DNA of 64,000 nt from Flavobacteriales bacterium (GCA_020628935.1 JAHDEG010000004.1:85893-149892), one strand, 5' to 3'. Counted from the first letter of the stretch, positions 50,101 to 60,600 are shown. A program made the numbers and translations. Notes: generated by a model from the sequence alone, not told the origin.

Positions 50101-52460
50101 AAGTGTCTCAACCAACTGCTTTAACTATTCACGATGTTACAGTTAATGACTTAAATTGTAATAATGATGCAAGTGGAACAATTGAAATAAATACAACAGG
50201 AGGAACTAGTTCGTATTCCTACCTATGGAGTAATAGCTCAACAAGTGTCCTAATTTCTAATTTACAAGCAAACACTTTTACAGTAACAGTAACAGACAAT
50301 AATAATTGTACACAAACCAAGTCTTATGTATTAAATGAACCTTTGGTATTAAGTAACTCACAAAGCACAAGAGATGCTTCATGTAATGGTACCTTAAACG
50401 GTTTTGCAAAGGTAACTGCACAAGGAGGAAACTCTGGCTACGTTTACAATTGGAGCAATGGCTCTAGTTTAGACAGTATAAGTGGAGTCTCTGCCGGAAC
50501 ATACTACGTTACAATTAGCGATAGTAAATCCTGCTCTATAACTGATACGATTGTTATTAATCAACCATCTAGCTTAACTGCAATTGGAGCTAGTCAGAGA
50601 GTGAATTGCTATGGAGAGCAAAACGGAACAGCTACGGCACTTGCATTTGGTGGATCGCCATCCTACACATATGCTTGGGACAATCAGGCTGCCAACCAAG
50701 ACAGTTCAACAGCTATTAACTTAACTGCAGGTCAGTATACCGTAGTTGTTACCGACAGTAATAATTGTACAACAAGCTTGGTCGTCACCGTTGAAAATCC
50801 TGATTCTTTAACAACAAACACAACAGTACTAGACAGTGCCTATTGCGGGACTTTTAATGGTAATGCTGAGGTAATAGCTAATGGCGGAACAGGTAGCCAT
50901 AGCTATATGTGGAATAACAATACCACATCCAATCAACTGCAAAATGTAATTGGAGGCCTATATATAGTTACTGTATCAGATGCAAATGGCTGCGCAAAAA
51001 CTGATTCAGTAAGAATTCCTATCAATTATAATTTTGGAGGACCAGAAGTAAATTTCTCTTTAACAGAGACAACTTGTAATGAGAGTACAAATGCAACAGC
51101 ACAAGCAATCCCTGTTAGTGGATTATCTCCCTACACTTATTCTTGGAATACTAACACAGGTATTCAAGATAGTTCAACCGCTACAAACTTATCGGTAGGA
51201 GACCATTCGTTAACAATTACAGATAGTTTAGGTTGCTATACAGATACTTTCGTTACCATAAACAACGGAAGCGACAGCGCACAGGTTAGCTTTAATGCAA
51301 GCTCCCCTACTTGCTACAATGGAAACGATGCAGCTATAGAAGCTATAATAAGTAATGGTATTGCTCCATTTAATATTACTTGGAGCAATGATAGCACAGG
51401 AAACACCATTAACAACCTAAACTTCGGAACTTATTTTGTAACTATTACTGATCAAGTAGGATGCATTACCATAGATTCAACAACTATTCAAAATACACCT
51501 TCCTTACAACCAACAATTAATAATACGGTAACAGAAATATGTTTAGGTGACACAGTTAACTTACAAGCAACAGCAAACTTGATTAATAGCTCATATGCAT
51601 GGAGTACAGGTGACACTATTTCAAATACAACCATAACACCGCAAACTACTACTATATTTACTGTATCAATCACCTCAGGCGGATGTACCGAAACAGCGGA
51701 ACAAGAAGTTATCGTAAATAGTTTACCAACAGTTACTTTTTCAGATGATTTGAGCGTGTGCTCAAACCAAAGCACAAGTATCACGGCTATCTCAAATGCA
51801 ACTATTTTTGAATGGAATACAGGTGAAAATTCACCAACATTAACTATAGAAAACCCAAACAACAATATAGACTACATTGTTACAGTAACTGATACAAATA
51901 ATTGTAAAAGCTCTAACAGTAATAACCCTATAAACTTAAATGTATTTGAAAAACCAACTGCAAATTTCAATATTGACACAAGTAGCTGGTTTAAAGAACA
52001 AATAGAGTTTGTTGATAGTAGTAGTTCAAATGTTAACGCTTGGAACTGGAACTTTGATGATGGAAACTACTCCGACCTAGAGAATCCAATAAATGTATTC
52101 GAAAACACCGGTAATTATAACGTAATACTAATAGTTACTGACGTAAATGGCTGTAACGATACAACTAATAAAACTATTGAAATTGAAGAATCAATTACAA
52201 TCCCAAATGTTTTTTCACCAAATGGGGACGGTATAAATGATTTCTTTACAATACCTTACACTGGCAATGGTGAATATAAATTTGAAGTATATAACAGATG
52301 GGGACAAATATTATTTATGTCTAAAAGTGATAGAATCATTTGGGACGGAAACACGATAAGCGGTGAAAAAGTTTCACCAGGAACATACTATTACATAGTA
52401 GAAATAACTAACGGAAATAAGGAGATAAAAAACAATGGTAGTTTTACTTTAGTCAGATAA
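47103..52460 (+). CDS. T9SS type B cargo adhesin, paralog 2 (six DxCG modules, Ig-like hinge, 9 SprB-type repeats, PKD, C-terminal sorting domain)
   Basis: 1785 aa, with a probable ATG start at 47109. The signal peptide ends ...LIYS|QCP. Its architecture is collinear with paralog 1. The SprB-type repeat array (about nt 49470-51490) is expanded to 9 units. The C-terminus is IPNVFSPNGDGINDFF...YNRWGQILF...WDG...GTYYY...GSFTLVR. Confidence 0.85.
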   Translation: MSMITIKNTLVVWLIFLCTPLIYSQCPAPSSPGFTTTTNPASCSSNGSITVNASGGLAPYLYELSGPINRPTQSSNVFNATTTGNYTVTVTDNCGQTVSNSVTVGGTYFNPVVTATSTLYGCGSSNARITVSVSGGEAPFSFQLVAPSQQTSGVFTSGSNSYNFNNVPIGSYNIQVTDDCGTVRTIQHTINGSGGTPTGIESTNNDICAGREVTLSLQTNDGSPAVNPITYIIYENNSPINGGVFYDSSSTNSTFLLPWGSASGDRYYIYAEDGCGNTTTGSVSVGQFLQSNSIFVCGSFNVGLNAFNDLEPTTFSIISGPTTLPPQSNSAFTNLPPGDYIFQAEDNCGTILNDTTTLTVPNFFISFSNNNTRSLCDTSKVNIRLEMTVQNSGTLTVEYLSSPGDTLADFSINSNSSSIILNDHPRGSYTIKVTNGCGQSYTISFLVQPFSNNILYNLNESCVSSDLTNIRNFAPSHYNDFFLGDELFSIISGPTTYPPQSDNFFNNLPSGTYVLQTEQSKCVGSGLPGTTSLDTIEVQGYTFPELETYGTICNGGNQGQILAEVNKGAAPFTYEILSGPNGSGSQQTSNEFNNQSPGTYQIRTIDACGNSDITGIELTNYGDDNVHYDQVSCASTSLDLYADTLPFANYTWTGPNGFTSNERFVIIDPFTTINNGTYSVNIEYNTCIDTTINILVNPVSNADPSFSTSSICDGSGNQITFSGDTGGTFSFATPPNDLAEINPTTGTISNFSIDSSYSIQYTVGSGACQQTQTQTTTAVSIISNEVITNVNCNNESTGKIKLNTSGGNNLNYSFLWSTGATLDSIANITAGNYTVTINDGVCQKIESFTVIQPSEITITPSIDSVSCFGTSTGQIQLTTSGGTPNYFYNWSNNATTQNNQNLAAGSYTVTVTDNNSCNKVQNITVAEYPDITINETVNNNLCFGDSTGSISTIVSGGNPTFTYTWSNGSNNTNLNSVSSGNYSLTITDQNNCQKVKNNIQVSQPTALTIHDVTVNDLNCNNDASGTIEINTTGGTSSYSYLWSNSSTSVLISNLQANTFTVTVTDNNNCTQTKSYVLNEPLVLSNSQSTRDASCNGTLNGFAKVTAQGGNSGYVYNWSNGSSLDSISGVSAGTYYVTISDSKSCSITDTIVINQPSSLTAIGASQRVNCYGEQNGTATALAFGGSPSYTYAWDNQAANQDSSTAINLTAGQYTVVVTDSNNCTTSLVVTVENPDSLTTNTTVLDSAYCGTFNGNAEVIANGGTGSHSYMWNNNTTSNQLQNVIGGLYIVTVSDANGCAKTDSVRIPINYNFGGPEVNFSLTETTCNESTNATAQAIPVSGLSPYTYSWNTNTGIQDSSTATNLSVGDHSLTITDSLGCYTDTFVTINNGSDSAQVSFNASSPTCYNGNDAAIEAIISNGIAPFNITWSNDSTGNTINNLNFGTYFVTITDQVGCITIDSTTIQNTPSLQPTINNTVTEICLGDTVNLQATANLINSSYAWSTGDTISNTTITPQTTTIFTVSITSGGCTETAEQEVIVNSLPTVTFSDDLSVCSNQSTSITAISNATIFEWNTGENSPTLTIENPNNNIDYIVTVTDTNNCKSSNSNNPINLNVFEKPTANFNIDTSSWFKEQIEFVDSSSSNVNAWNWNFDDGNYSDLENPINVFENTGNYNVILIVTDVNGCNDTTNKTIEIEESITIPNVFSPNGDGINDFFTIPYTGNGEYKFEVYNRWGQILFMSKSDRIIWDGNTISGEKVSPGTYYYIVEITNGNKEIKNNGSFTLVR

Positions 52461-52505
52461 TAAAGTAATTTTATATTTTGGCTTAAATAGGTAGAAAGCA
52501 ACCTG

Positions 52506-55500
52506 TTGAATGATTTTTACGTTAATATTTGTACTATGAGACAATTATTATTCTTTTTTATTCTTATACTTTCGTTTACTGAAGTATTCTCACAATGTCC
52601 GGCACCAGACCCAGTTGAATTTACTTCAAGTTCACTCCCATCAACTTGCGCCTCAGATGGATCAATATCAGTTAACGCATCTGGCGGACTAAGTCCATAT
52701 TTATATGAAATTTCGGGACCTGTGACCCGCCCAGCACAAACACAAAGTACTTTCAACGCATTGCCATCGGGCAGCTACACAATTATAGTAACAGATAATT
52801 GTGGTGTAACTACAACAGGCAATCGTGTAGTTGGAGGCAACTATATTAATCCTACATTATCATTTACTCAAACCACCCCAAGTTGTGCAAACGGAAACGA
52901 TGCTTCACTCACAGTAACTGTAAATGAAGGAACCTCGCCTTACACCTATCAGATAGTAGCTCCTACAAGTTCCGTTATCCAAAATAATGGTACTTTTTCA
53001 AATCTCTCTTCTGGGCAGTATACGATAGAAGTTACTGACGATTGTAATAATGTAGTAACTCAATCATATACTATTAATGAGAGTCTTTTTGGTCCAATTA
53101 ATTTTTCTGGCACAGTCGGAATCTCTAACAATGAATGTGGGTACTCAGCAATTGTAAATGTTGGAACTAGTACCACAGGCACTCAAGTTTCATACCCAGT
53201 GATGTATTCAATTATTAGTGGGCCACAAACTTTTCCTCCACAATCTAGCGATTCATTTACATTACCAAGTGAAGGTACTTATGTTTTTCAAGTTGAAGAT
53301 AATTGTGGAAATACTGCAACTTTAGAAAGAATAATTGATCCTAAAATAACCATAATTAAGACTTCTAAAAGTTGCAGTGGTTGGGATATCGACATTCAAA
53401 CTCAAAACCTTTCGCAACCTATTATTTATGAGGTTAATGGAAATGGAATCACTTATCCCCCTCAAGACAGCTCAGTTTTAGAAGGTCTATCAGATGGTGG
53501 ATACTCAGTAACTGTTACAGACTCCTGCGGAAGAACGTTTAATAGCGGCATCTTCTTAAACACACAGACAAACATAAACCCGGAGTTAATGGATACATAT
53601 GAAAGATGCAATTTCCCCAATGTTGATGCTGTTATTAGAATTAAACAAGTTGTAAGTCCGGTAACCATAAGCTACTTATCAAGCCCTACTCTTATGAATG
53701 ATACTGTAGTTAATTTTATCTCGGGGCTACAAAACCAACATACAATTTTTGATTTACCAGCAGGTAATTATTCAATTGAATTTACTGATGCTTGCAATAC
53801 AATAGACACCCTTGATTTTACGGTAGATGATGCCCCACTCCCAAATCTATCATTTGATATTGACATTCAATGTAATTCTGCAAACATTACAAACCTGAAT
53901 CTCGATCAAGAGCTAAACAATTCAGATATATTTGCTTATACCATTATAACAGGAAACGATACAATGCCGTTTCAATATAATACTTCATTTAACAATTTAC
54001 CTCCCGGCCAATATACGATAATAGGCACCCACAATAATTGCCTGTTTACTACTATTGAAAATAACTTTTGGGCAGCAGAAGAAATTACAATACCAGAATA
54101 CATATCACCAAGTTTAGATTTGTTAGGGGCTATTTGTACAGGCTCTAACACAGGAGAAATAATTGCTAATTATAATAATGGATTACCAAATTATACATTT
54201 GAAATTTTATCGGGTCCGAATGGTAGTTTCCCTCCGCAAAGTGATAATATATTTGAAAACTTAAATATTGGAACACACCAAATTAAAATAACTGACGATT
54301 GTGGAAATTCTGATATTGAAGGATTTGAGCTTACTCCGTACGGAGCAAACAATGTAAGATATCAACCCATATCCTGTACGAACCCTGAATTGGTTCTTTT
54401 TGCAGATACACTTCCGTTTGCAACATATAGTTGGACAGGACCAAATGGTTTTACTAGCAATAGTAGAATTGTAAATATAAATCCATTAACCGCCAACGAT
54501 GCAGGTATATATAGTGTGAATGTTGTATATAATGATTGCATTGATACCACGATAAATATTGATGTAATTTTACCAGAAAGTGGCAACCCTAGTTTCGTAA
54601 GCACTAATATTTGCCAAAACAGTAACAACCAAGTAAATATAACTGGAGACGTTGGCGGAACATTTAGTTTTCTAAATCCCCCTAGTGACCTTGCAACGAT
54701 TGACACTGCTACGGGCATTATTTCAAATTTCACTCCCAGTAGTACTTACACTATTGTATATACCATTGGGGCTGATGAGTGTGAAGAGTCTGCAGAACAA
54801 ATAATAAGCGTTAATGAACTACCAACGCTCACTTTTTCTAACAACTTAAATATTTGTAATAACGGAAGCGTTAGTGTAACCGCTTTATCAAATGCAAATA
54901 ATTTTACTTGGAGTAACGGTGCTACTTCTGCTTCCATTAACATTAACAACCCGATAGCTGGCAGTACTTATACAGTAACCGTGACAGATCAAAATAACTG
55001 TACTAACACCAACGACAGTGATCCATTAGTCGTAAATATATTTGAACCACCTCTTGCCAATTTTACAATAGATACGAGCAGTTCTACCAACGGTTTAATT
55101 AGTTTCACAGACAGTAGTTCTCTTAACACTAGTACTTGGAACTGGGATTTTGGGGATGGAAACACCTCAGATAATGAAAATCCAATTAATTTTTATCAGA
55201 GTGAAGGAAGCTTTGATGTAATATTAACCATAGCTGATAGCAACGGATGTAAAGACACTACTACTAAAAACGTTGAAGTAGTTATAGATTTTGAAATTCC
55301 GAACGTATTTACACCTAACGATGATGGCTTAAATGAGTTTTTTACTATCCCGTTTTTAGGAAAGGGAAACTACTTTTTAGCTATTTATAACAGATGGGGA
55401 CAAGAGCTATTTAGTACTAAAACATCATTTATTAAATGGGACGGAAGAACTACTGGAGGAAGTGAAGTACCAGACGGAACGTATTTTTATTTAATTGAAG

Positions 55501-55556
55501 CCTTATCTGAAACGAGAGATTTAAAACTAGCCGGTTACATAACTCTGGTTCGTTAG
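52506..55556 (+). CDS. T9SS type B cargo adhesin, paralog 3 (six DxCG modules, Ig-like hinge, no SprB-type repeats, PKD, C-terminal sorting domain)
   Basis: The probable true start is ATG 52536 (MRQLLFFFILILSF...). The signal peptide ends ...EVFS|QCP. It has the same N-terminal scaffold and hinge (LFADTLPFATYSWTGPNGFTSN) as paralogs 1 and 2. The C-terminus is IPNVFTPNDDGLNEFF...YNRWGQELF...WDG...GTYFY...GYITLVR. Confidence 0.85.
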   Translation: MNDFYVNICTMRQLLFFFILILSFTEVFSQCPAPDPVEFTSSSLPSTCASDGSISVNASGGLSPYLYEISGPVTRPAQTQSTFNALPSGSYTIIVTDNCGVTTTGNRVVGGNYINPTLSFTQTTPSCANGNDASLTVTVNEGTSPYTYQIVAPTSSVIQNNGTFSNLSSGQYTIEVTDDCNNVVTQSYTINESLFGPINFSGTVGISNNECGYSAIVNVGTSTTGTQVSYPVMYSIISGPQTFPPQSSDSFTLPSEGTYVFQVEDNCGNTATLERIIDPKITIIKTSKSCSGWDIDIQTQNLSQPIIYEVNGNGITYPPQDSSVLEGLSDGGYSVTVTDSCGRTFNSGIFLNTQTNINPELMDTYERCNFPNVDAVIRIKQVVSPVTISYLSSPTLMNDTVVNFISGLQNQHTIFDLPAGNYSIEFTDACNTIDTLDFTVDDAPLPNLSFDIDIQCNSANITNLNLDQELNNSDIFAYTIITGNDTMPFQYNTSFNNLPPGQYTIIGTHNNCLFTTIENNFWAAEEITIPEYISPSLDLLGAICTGSNTGEIIANYNNGLPNYTFEILSGPNGSFPPQSDNIFENLNIGTHQIKITDDCGNSDIEGFELTPYGANNVRYQPISCTNPELVLFADTLPFATYSWTGPNGFTSNSRIVNINPLTANDAGIYSVNVVYNDCIDTTINIDVILPESGNPSFVSTNICQNSNNQVNITGDVGGTFSFLNPPSDLATIDTATGIISNFTPSSTYTIVYTIGADECEESAEQIISVNELPTLTFSNNLNICNNGSVSVTALSNANNFTWSNGATSASININNPIAGSTYTVTVTDQNNCTNTNDSDPLVVNIFEPPLANFTIDTSSSTNGLISFTDSSSLNTSTWNWDFGDGNTSDNENPINFYQSEGSFDVILTIADSNGCKDTTTKNVEVVIDFEIPNVFTPNDDGLNEFFTIPFLGKGNYFLAIYNRWGQELFSTKTSFIKWDGRTTGGSEVPDGTYFYLIEALSETRDLKLAGYITLVR

Positions 55557-55568
55557 TAATCGTTTTTT

Positions 55569-55658
55569 GCATGAAGGATATAAACGGCTACCCTGCAGTA
55601 ACATGAAATGTTGCGAAGCGTAATAGTGATTAGCCTGGCCCCTATTTCGGGGGCATGC
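55569..55658 (-). repeat. Structured intergenic element, copy C (minus strand, downstream of dnaG)
   Basis: The minus strand reads GCATG-[CCCC CGAAATA GGGG]-CCAGGCTAATCACTATTACGCTTCG-C[AACAT TTC ATGTT]A-CTGCAGGGTAGCCGTTTATATCCTT-CATGC. The element starts 12 nt after the dnaG stop codon. Confidence 0.6.
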
Positions 55659-55670
55659 CATAATAAAATA

Positions 55671-57605
55671 TTAAATGGGGCGGCCAATCTCAATTTTGAG
55701 CTTTCTTCTCAGTTCTTTAAGCATAATTAGGTTTTGCAAAGAAATTATTAGATCACTTTCAGACAGCGACTTTTTCAGGTTTTCTTCTTCACTGTTAATC
55801 ATTATTTCAATTTTATTACATTTAAAGGCGTAAACACTTTCCGTCACAGCGCGCTTGAGTAACATAAGCTCAGTATTAACAATTATACTGCGACTTTCCC
55901 AATCAGATAAAATGTATGGATGTGAGGTTAATTCTACAGCCAATTTTCGAATGTCTTCATCTTCGCTTTGAAAGAAATGATCTAAATTAATTTTACCTTC
56001 AACTGTTTTAATTTTGTCCCAAAACTTAATATAACTATCTGTTGAAAAACTAAGTTCGTCTTGTTCCAATTCAGTGATTATAAAATCTTTTACAGAGGTT
56101 GAGTCTTCTTCAAAATCAAGGATCTCGTTGCCATAATTTAACACCAAACGTAGTATATCTTTTTCGAAAGGACGCTCAGCTACCTTTATTTCTTCTTTTT
56201 GTGTAGGATGCGGATAATCTGAAGATGATTGCTCTAAGCCAATGGGTGGAATATCGTTATACCCAAATTCTGGTGGCAGAGGTTGATTGTTACTTGAAAC
56301 TACTTTTTTTCTGCGTGTTTTGTTTAACTCGCTTAATAGTATTTGCTCATCTATTTCGAGTATATCACTGCATTCTTTCACAAATAAACTACGTACAACT
56401 TGATCAGGAATAAGCGCTATAGAAGATATAATTTCATGAATTAATTTAGATTTTTTTATAGGATCATTCCCTATTTCATCTTTTAAAACAGTGGTTTTAA
56501 ATCGTATAAAATCTTGCGCATTATCATTAACGTATGTGGTAAGTTTTTCTGCTCCGAGCTTATTGGCCATAGAGTCAGGGTCTTCACCTTCAGGGAACTG
56601 AACTACCTTAACATTCATTCCTTCCTCTAGCACCATGTCAATACCTCTAAAAGATGCTTTTGCCCCAGCTATATCACCATCGTACAAAATAGTAATGTTT
56701 GGGGTGTAGCGTTTTATAAGTCTAATTTGACCAGTTGTTAAAGAAGTTCCTGAAGATGCTACTACATTCTCTATTCCGTTTTGAAACAGAGAAACAACAT
56801 CGGTATATCCTTCAACTAAAAAGCAATTATCCAACTTAGATATTGCCTTCTTGGCTTGAAATATACCGTATAAAACCTTGTTTTTAACATAAATAACCGA
56901 CTCAGGACTATTTATATACTTTGGCTGTTTTTTAACATCAGAAAGTACCCTACCTCCAAAACCTATTGGTTTACCTGATACTGAGTGAATAGGAAACATT
57001 ACCCTACCTCTAAAGCCATCGTAAAAAGATCCATTTTTATCTTTACTTAATCCAGCGGTTTTTAAAAACTCTAACTTATAGCCTTTTTTAGTAGCCTCGG
57101 TAGTAAGATAATCCCACTTATCAGGGCTATATCCTAAATTAAATTTTTTAATAACACTATCTGTAAATCCTCTTTTACGGAGGTAAGCTAAGCCTACAGA
57201 TTTACCTTCATCTGTATTAAACAATGCGTTTTCAAAAACCTTTTGGGCGAATGAGGTAACAATAAGCAAACTCTCTCTTTCATCGGCTGCTAATTTTTCT
57301 TCTTCGGTTTGCTTTTTCTCTTCAATTACAATTCCATATTTATTTGCCAACCATTTTATAGCTTCAATAAACGTGTACTGCTCATGACTCATTACAAAAT
57401 CAACAACGTTTCCCCCTTCTCCACAACCAAAACACTTGTAAATCCCCTTACTTGTTGAAACGCTAAAAGAGGGCGTTTTTTCGTTATGAAACGGACAACA
57501 CGCCTTATAATCGGCTCCTTTCTTTTTTAAAGTAACAAAATCGCCAATTACTTCTTCAATTCTAGCAGCATCAAAAACTTCGTCTATCTTTTGCTTGGGA
57601 ATCAT
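55671..57605 (-). CDS. dnaG: DNA primase DnaG
   Basis: The CHC2 zinc finger is CCPFHNEKTPSFSVSTSKGIYKCFGCGEGGNVVDFV. The RNA polymerase core and TOPRIM (VEGYTDV, YDGDIAGAKA) follow. 644 aa. Confidence 0.9.
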   Translation of the reverse strand: MIPKQKIDEVFDAARIEEVIGDFVTLKKKGADYKACCPFHNEKTPSFSVSTSKGIYKCFGCGEGGNVVDFVMSHEQYTFIEAIKWLANKYGIVIEEKKQTEEEKLAADERESLLIVTSFAQKVFENALFNTDEGKSVGLAYLRKRGFTDSVIKKFNLGYSPDKWDYLTTEATKKGYKLEFLKTAGLSKDKNGSFYDGFRGRVMFPIHSVSGKPIGFGGRVLSDVKKQPKYINSPESVIYVKNKVLYGIFQAKKAISKLDNCFLVEGYTDVVSLFQNGIENVVASSGTSLTTGQIRLIKRYTPNITILYDGDIAGAKASFRGIDMVLEEGMNVKVVQFPEGEDPDSMANKLGAEKLTTYVNDNAQDFIRFKTTVLKDEIGNDPIKKSKLIHEIISSIALIPDQVVRSLFVKECSDILEIDEQILLSELNKTRRKKVVSSNNQPLPPEFGYNDIPPIGLEQSSSDYPHPTQKEEIKVAERPFEKDILRLVLNYGNEILDFEEDSTSVKDFIITELEQDELSFSTDSYIKFWDKIKTVEGKINLDHFFQSEDEDIRKLAVELTSHPYILSDWESRSIIVNTELMLLKRAVTESVYAFKCNKIEIMINSEEENLKKSLSESDLIISLQNLIMLKELRRKLKIEIGRPI

Positions 57606-57681
57606 ATATACAAAGGTACAACATCAATTGCTTTTTAAACCCTACTTACCTTTAAGTAAATTTTGTTAGTATCTTTACATC

Positions 57682-60600
57682 ATGCTTTTAAGCAAGTTAA
57701 AATACATAACTCTAGTCACACTTCTGCTATTTTTTGCAGCGCACTTAAAAGCGAGCTCTATTCACAACAAAGTTCACATAAGCAATTACGAAAATATTGA
57801 CTTTCAAGGGGCGTTTTCAATTAAATCCATTTTTCAAGACTCTATCGGAAATTTATTCGCATCAACCGATAAGGGAATGTATTCTTATAATGGAATGAAT
57901 TGGAAGAGAGTAAATTTTTCTGAAGGAGAAGATTTGTATGCCTTTTTAAACACAACAAATAATTTTTATGCGGCAGGATCGAAAGGATTAGGAACAATAA
58001 AAAAAATACGAGCAAATACATTTGCTTATATGTCTATAAAAGACTCATTAAAAGGACTAGATGAAAGCCTTATTAATGCTTCTAGTATTATAAGTAAACA
58101 CAATAATACCTTCATATTTTACGAAAACAGAATTGTTTTAATTGCCGAAAACGAAAAAAAATACACTTCCTTTTACAAACCAACAGGTAAAGCAATTGGC
58201 TTTTCAATTGGAAAAAAAATATTTTTTCATCAAAAGGGTTTGGGTTTAAATATGATATATAACAACTCAGAAATTGTTCCTTATTTAAACAATGAAGAGC
58301 TTGAAAGTATTAACGTAATTGACATTAAAGTAGATAATGAAAGGATTTATCTCTTCACTCAAAATGATGGTATTCATATTTACGAAGACAAAGTTTTACA
58401 AGAAAAAATTGAATTCAATTATAAAATTGTTTCTGCAGAAAATTTAAGTGAGCAATTATGGGCCATTGCAACAGAAAACTCTGGAGTAATAATAGTAGAA
58501 AAGAGAAATGGAAAAACCGTTAAAATAATTGATAAAAGCAATGGACTAGAAAACAACAACATTACCGATATATGTGTTGATATTCAAAAAAACATTTGGA
58601 TAGGCAGCAAAAAAGGGCTGCAGAAAGCAGAAGTTTTTATCCCATTTTCATACCATATTGGATCAAATCAGATTTCTGGTAGGGTAACCGACATTGAATT
58701 TTTCAACAATAAGTTAGTTGTAGCCACAACGGAAGGGATTTATAGAGAAGATTACTATGATGAGCTGCATGGTTCATATTCATTTTCTAAAATGATAAAT
58801 CAAAAATCATCGTTCAGTAAGTTAAAATCTCTTGATAATTTATTACTCGTTACAGATGATAATCATATTAATTATTGTGATTCAAGTTTTAACCTTAACA
58901 AGCTATCATTATTTAACAACGGTTGTATAATAGAGATAGAAAACAAAGCCTTTATGACTTATTCCAATGATGGAATAACGTTTTATAAAAACTGTGAAGG
59001 AATTGAATGTGAAATATCTCCTTGGCTCTCTAAGAAAGTATATAATTACCCGGTTAACGAAATTGTTAAAGTTAAAAATGACTCTACGTTAGTTATTAGG
59101 GAAAATGATTTACTCTACTTTGCGCAATTTCAATACGGTAATGGAATTCCTAAAATATTTAATAAACAACAAATTCAGTCAGATTTAAAATTTACTAAAC
59201 TCATTCAAAACGAGAACAACATTTTTGCAATAACTAAAAACAAAATGTTTGCTGTTATACCAACATTTGATGATTTTGATTTTATTGAATGTGACTTTGT
59301 GCAAGAAGATACCGTTGACTTAAATAAGTATGATAACTACTTGTTTGAAGAAACAATGAACTTCTCTCTGCTTATTTTAAATAACAAATCAGAAACCAAA
59401 GCATATTACAAACTAAATGACGACTTTAAGTTTGTACCCGTAAACTATTTTGAGCGTTTCCCTAAAGGCGAAATTCATAAAATTCTTATCGATGATACCG
59501 AAGTAGGTAAATACTGGCTATGCAACGAAAATGGTTTAATTAATTACTTTTCATATGATTTGCACAATGCTATTTCAGATAAAATTCCTTTTAAAACACT
59601 AATCACAAAATTCCCTTTAACTGAAAATAAAGAAACGAGTATAACCTACAGCAAAAACACAGTTCAATTTGAATATTCTTCAACTAACTTAATTGCTGAA
59701 CAACTTAATCAATACTCTTTCTTTTTGGAAGGATTTTCAGATTCTTGGAGTGGATGGTCAAATGAAAATACGGTGACATTTGCTAATCTTTATGAGGGCG
59801 ATTATGTTTTTAATGTAAAATCAAAAAACATCTATCAAAATGAGAGTGAAGTTGCCTCGTTTAATTTTTCAATAGCACCTCCTTGGTACAGAACTTTTGC
59901 TGCTTATGTATTGTACGGATTAATTTTAGCTGGAGTAATTTTTGTTTTTGTAAGACTTAATGTTGCTCGATTAGAAAAAGCTAATGATAAACTAAAAGCT
60001 ATTATTGAAGAGCGAACCGAAGAAATTAGGGTTAGAAAGGAAGAACTTGAAGAAAAAAACAAAGATATTACCGCTAGTATCGAATATGCTAGAACTATTC
60101 AAGATGCCATATTAACATCGAGCGTTTACTTGAAGAGTATTTTAAATGATTATTTTATTTATTACAAACCTAAAGACATAATTGGGGGAGATTTTTACTG
60201 GGCCTACAGAACCCCTGGCGCTAAAACTATTGTAGCTGTAGCTGATTGTACCGGACATGGTGTACCTGGTGCTTTAATGAGCATGATTGGTAATTCATTA
60301 TTAAATGAAATTATTATTGAAAACCAAACCTATGAACCTAATTTAATATTAGATCACTTGCGAGCAGGTATAATAAACTCTTTTCAAAATAACTCAGAAT
60401 TAAAGGAAGAACGTAGCCATGATGGTATGGATATTTCTATAATTAGTATTGGTGATGGAGAAGTGGACATGGAGTATGCTTCTGCCAAGCATACTGTATA
60501 TGTTGTAAGAGATAAGGAGATGATTGAAACACATAGCGATTTTCAACCAATTTCAAATTTCGTAACTCACTTAGAACCTTACAATAAATACACCCTAAGT

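Noticed and set aside
39121-55658. Copies A (+) and C (-) of the structured element are in inverted orientation and bracket a 16.5-kb block (M14 peptidase, membrane protein, three adhesins). This raised the possibility of an invertible or mobile cassette.
   Set aside because: The copies are short and only about two-thirds identical, which is too diverged for homologous inversion. No recombinase or transposase gene and no direct target duplications are visible. The stop-codon-proximal sense orientation of all three copies is a simpler explanation.
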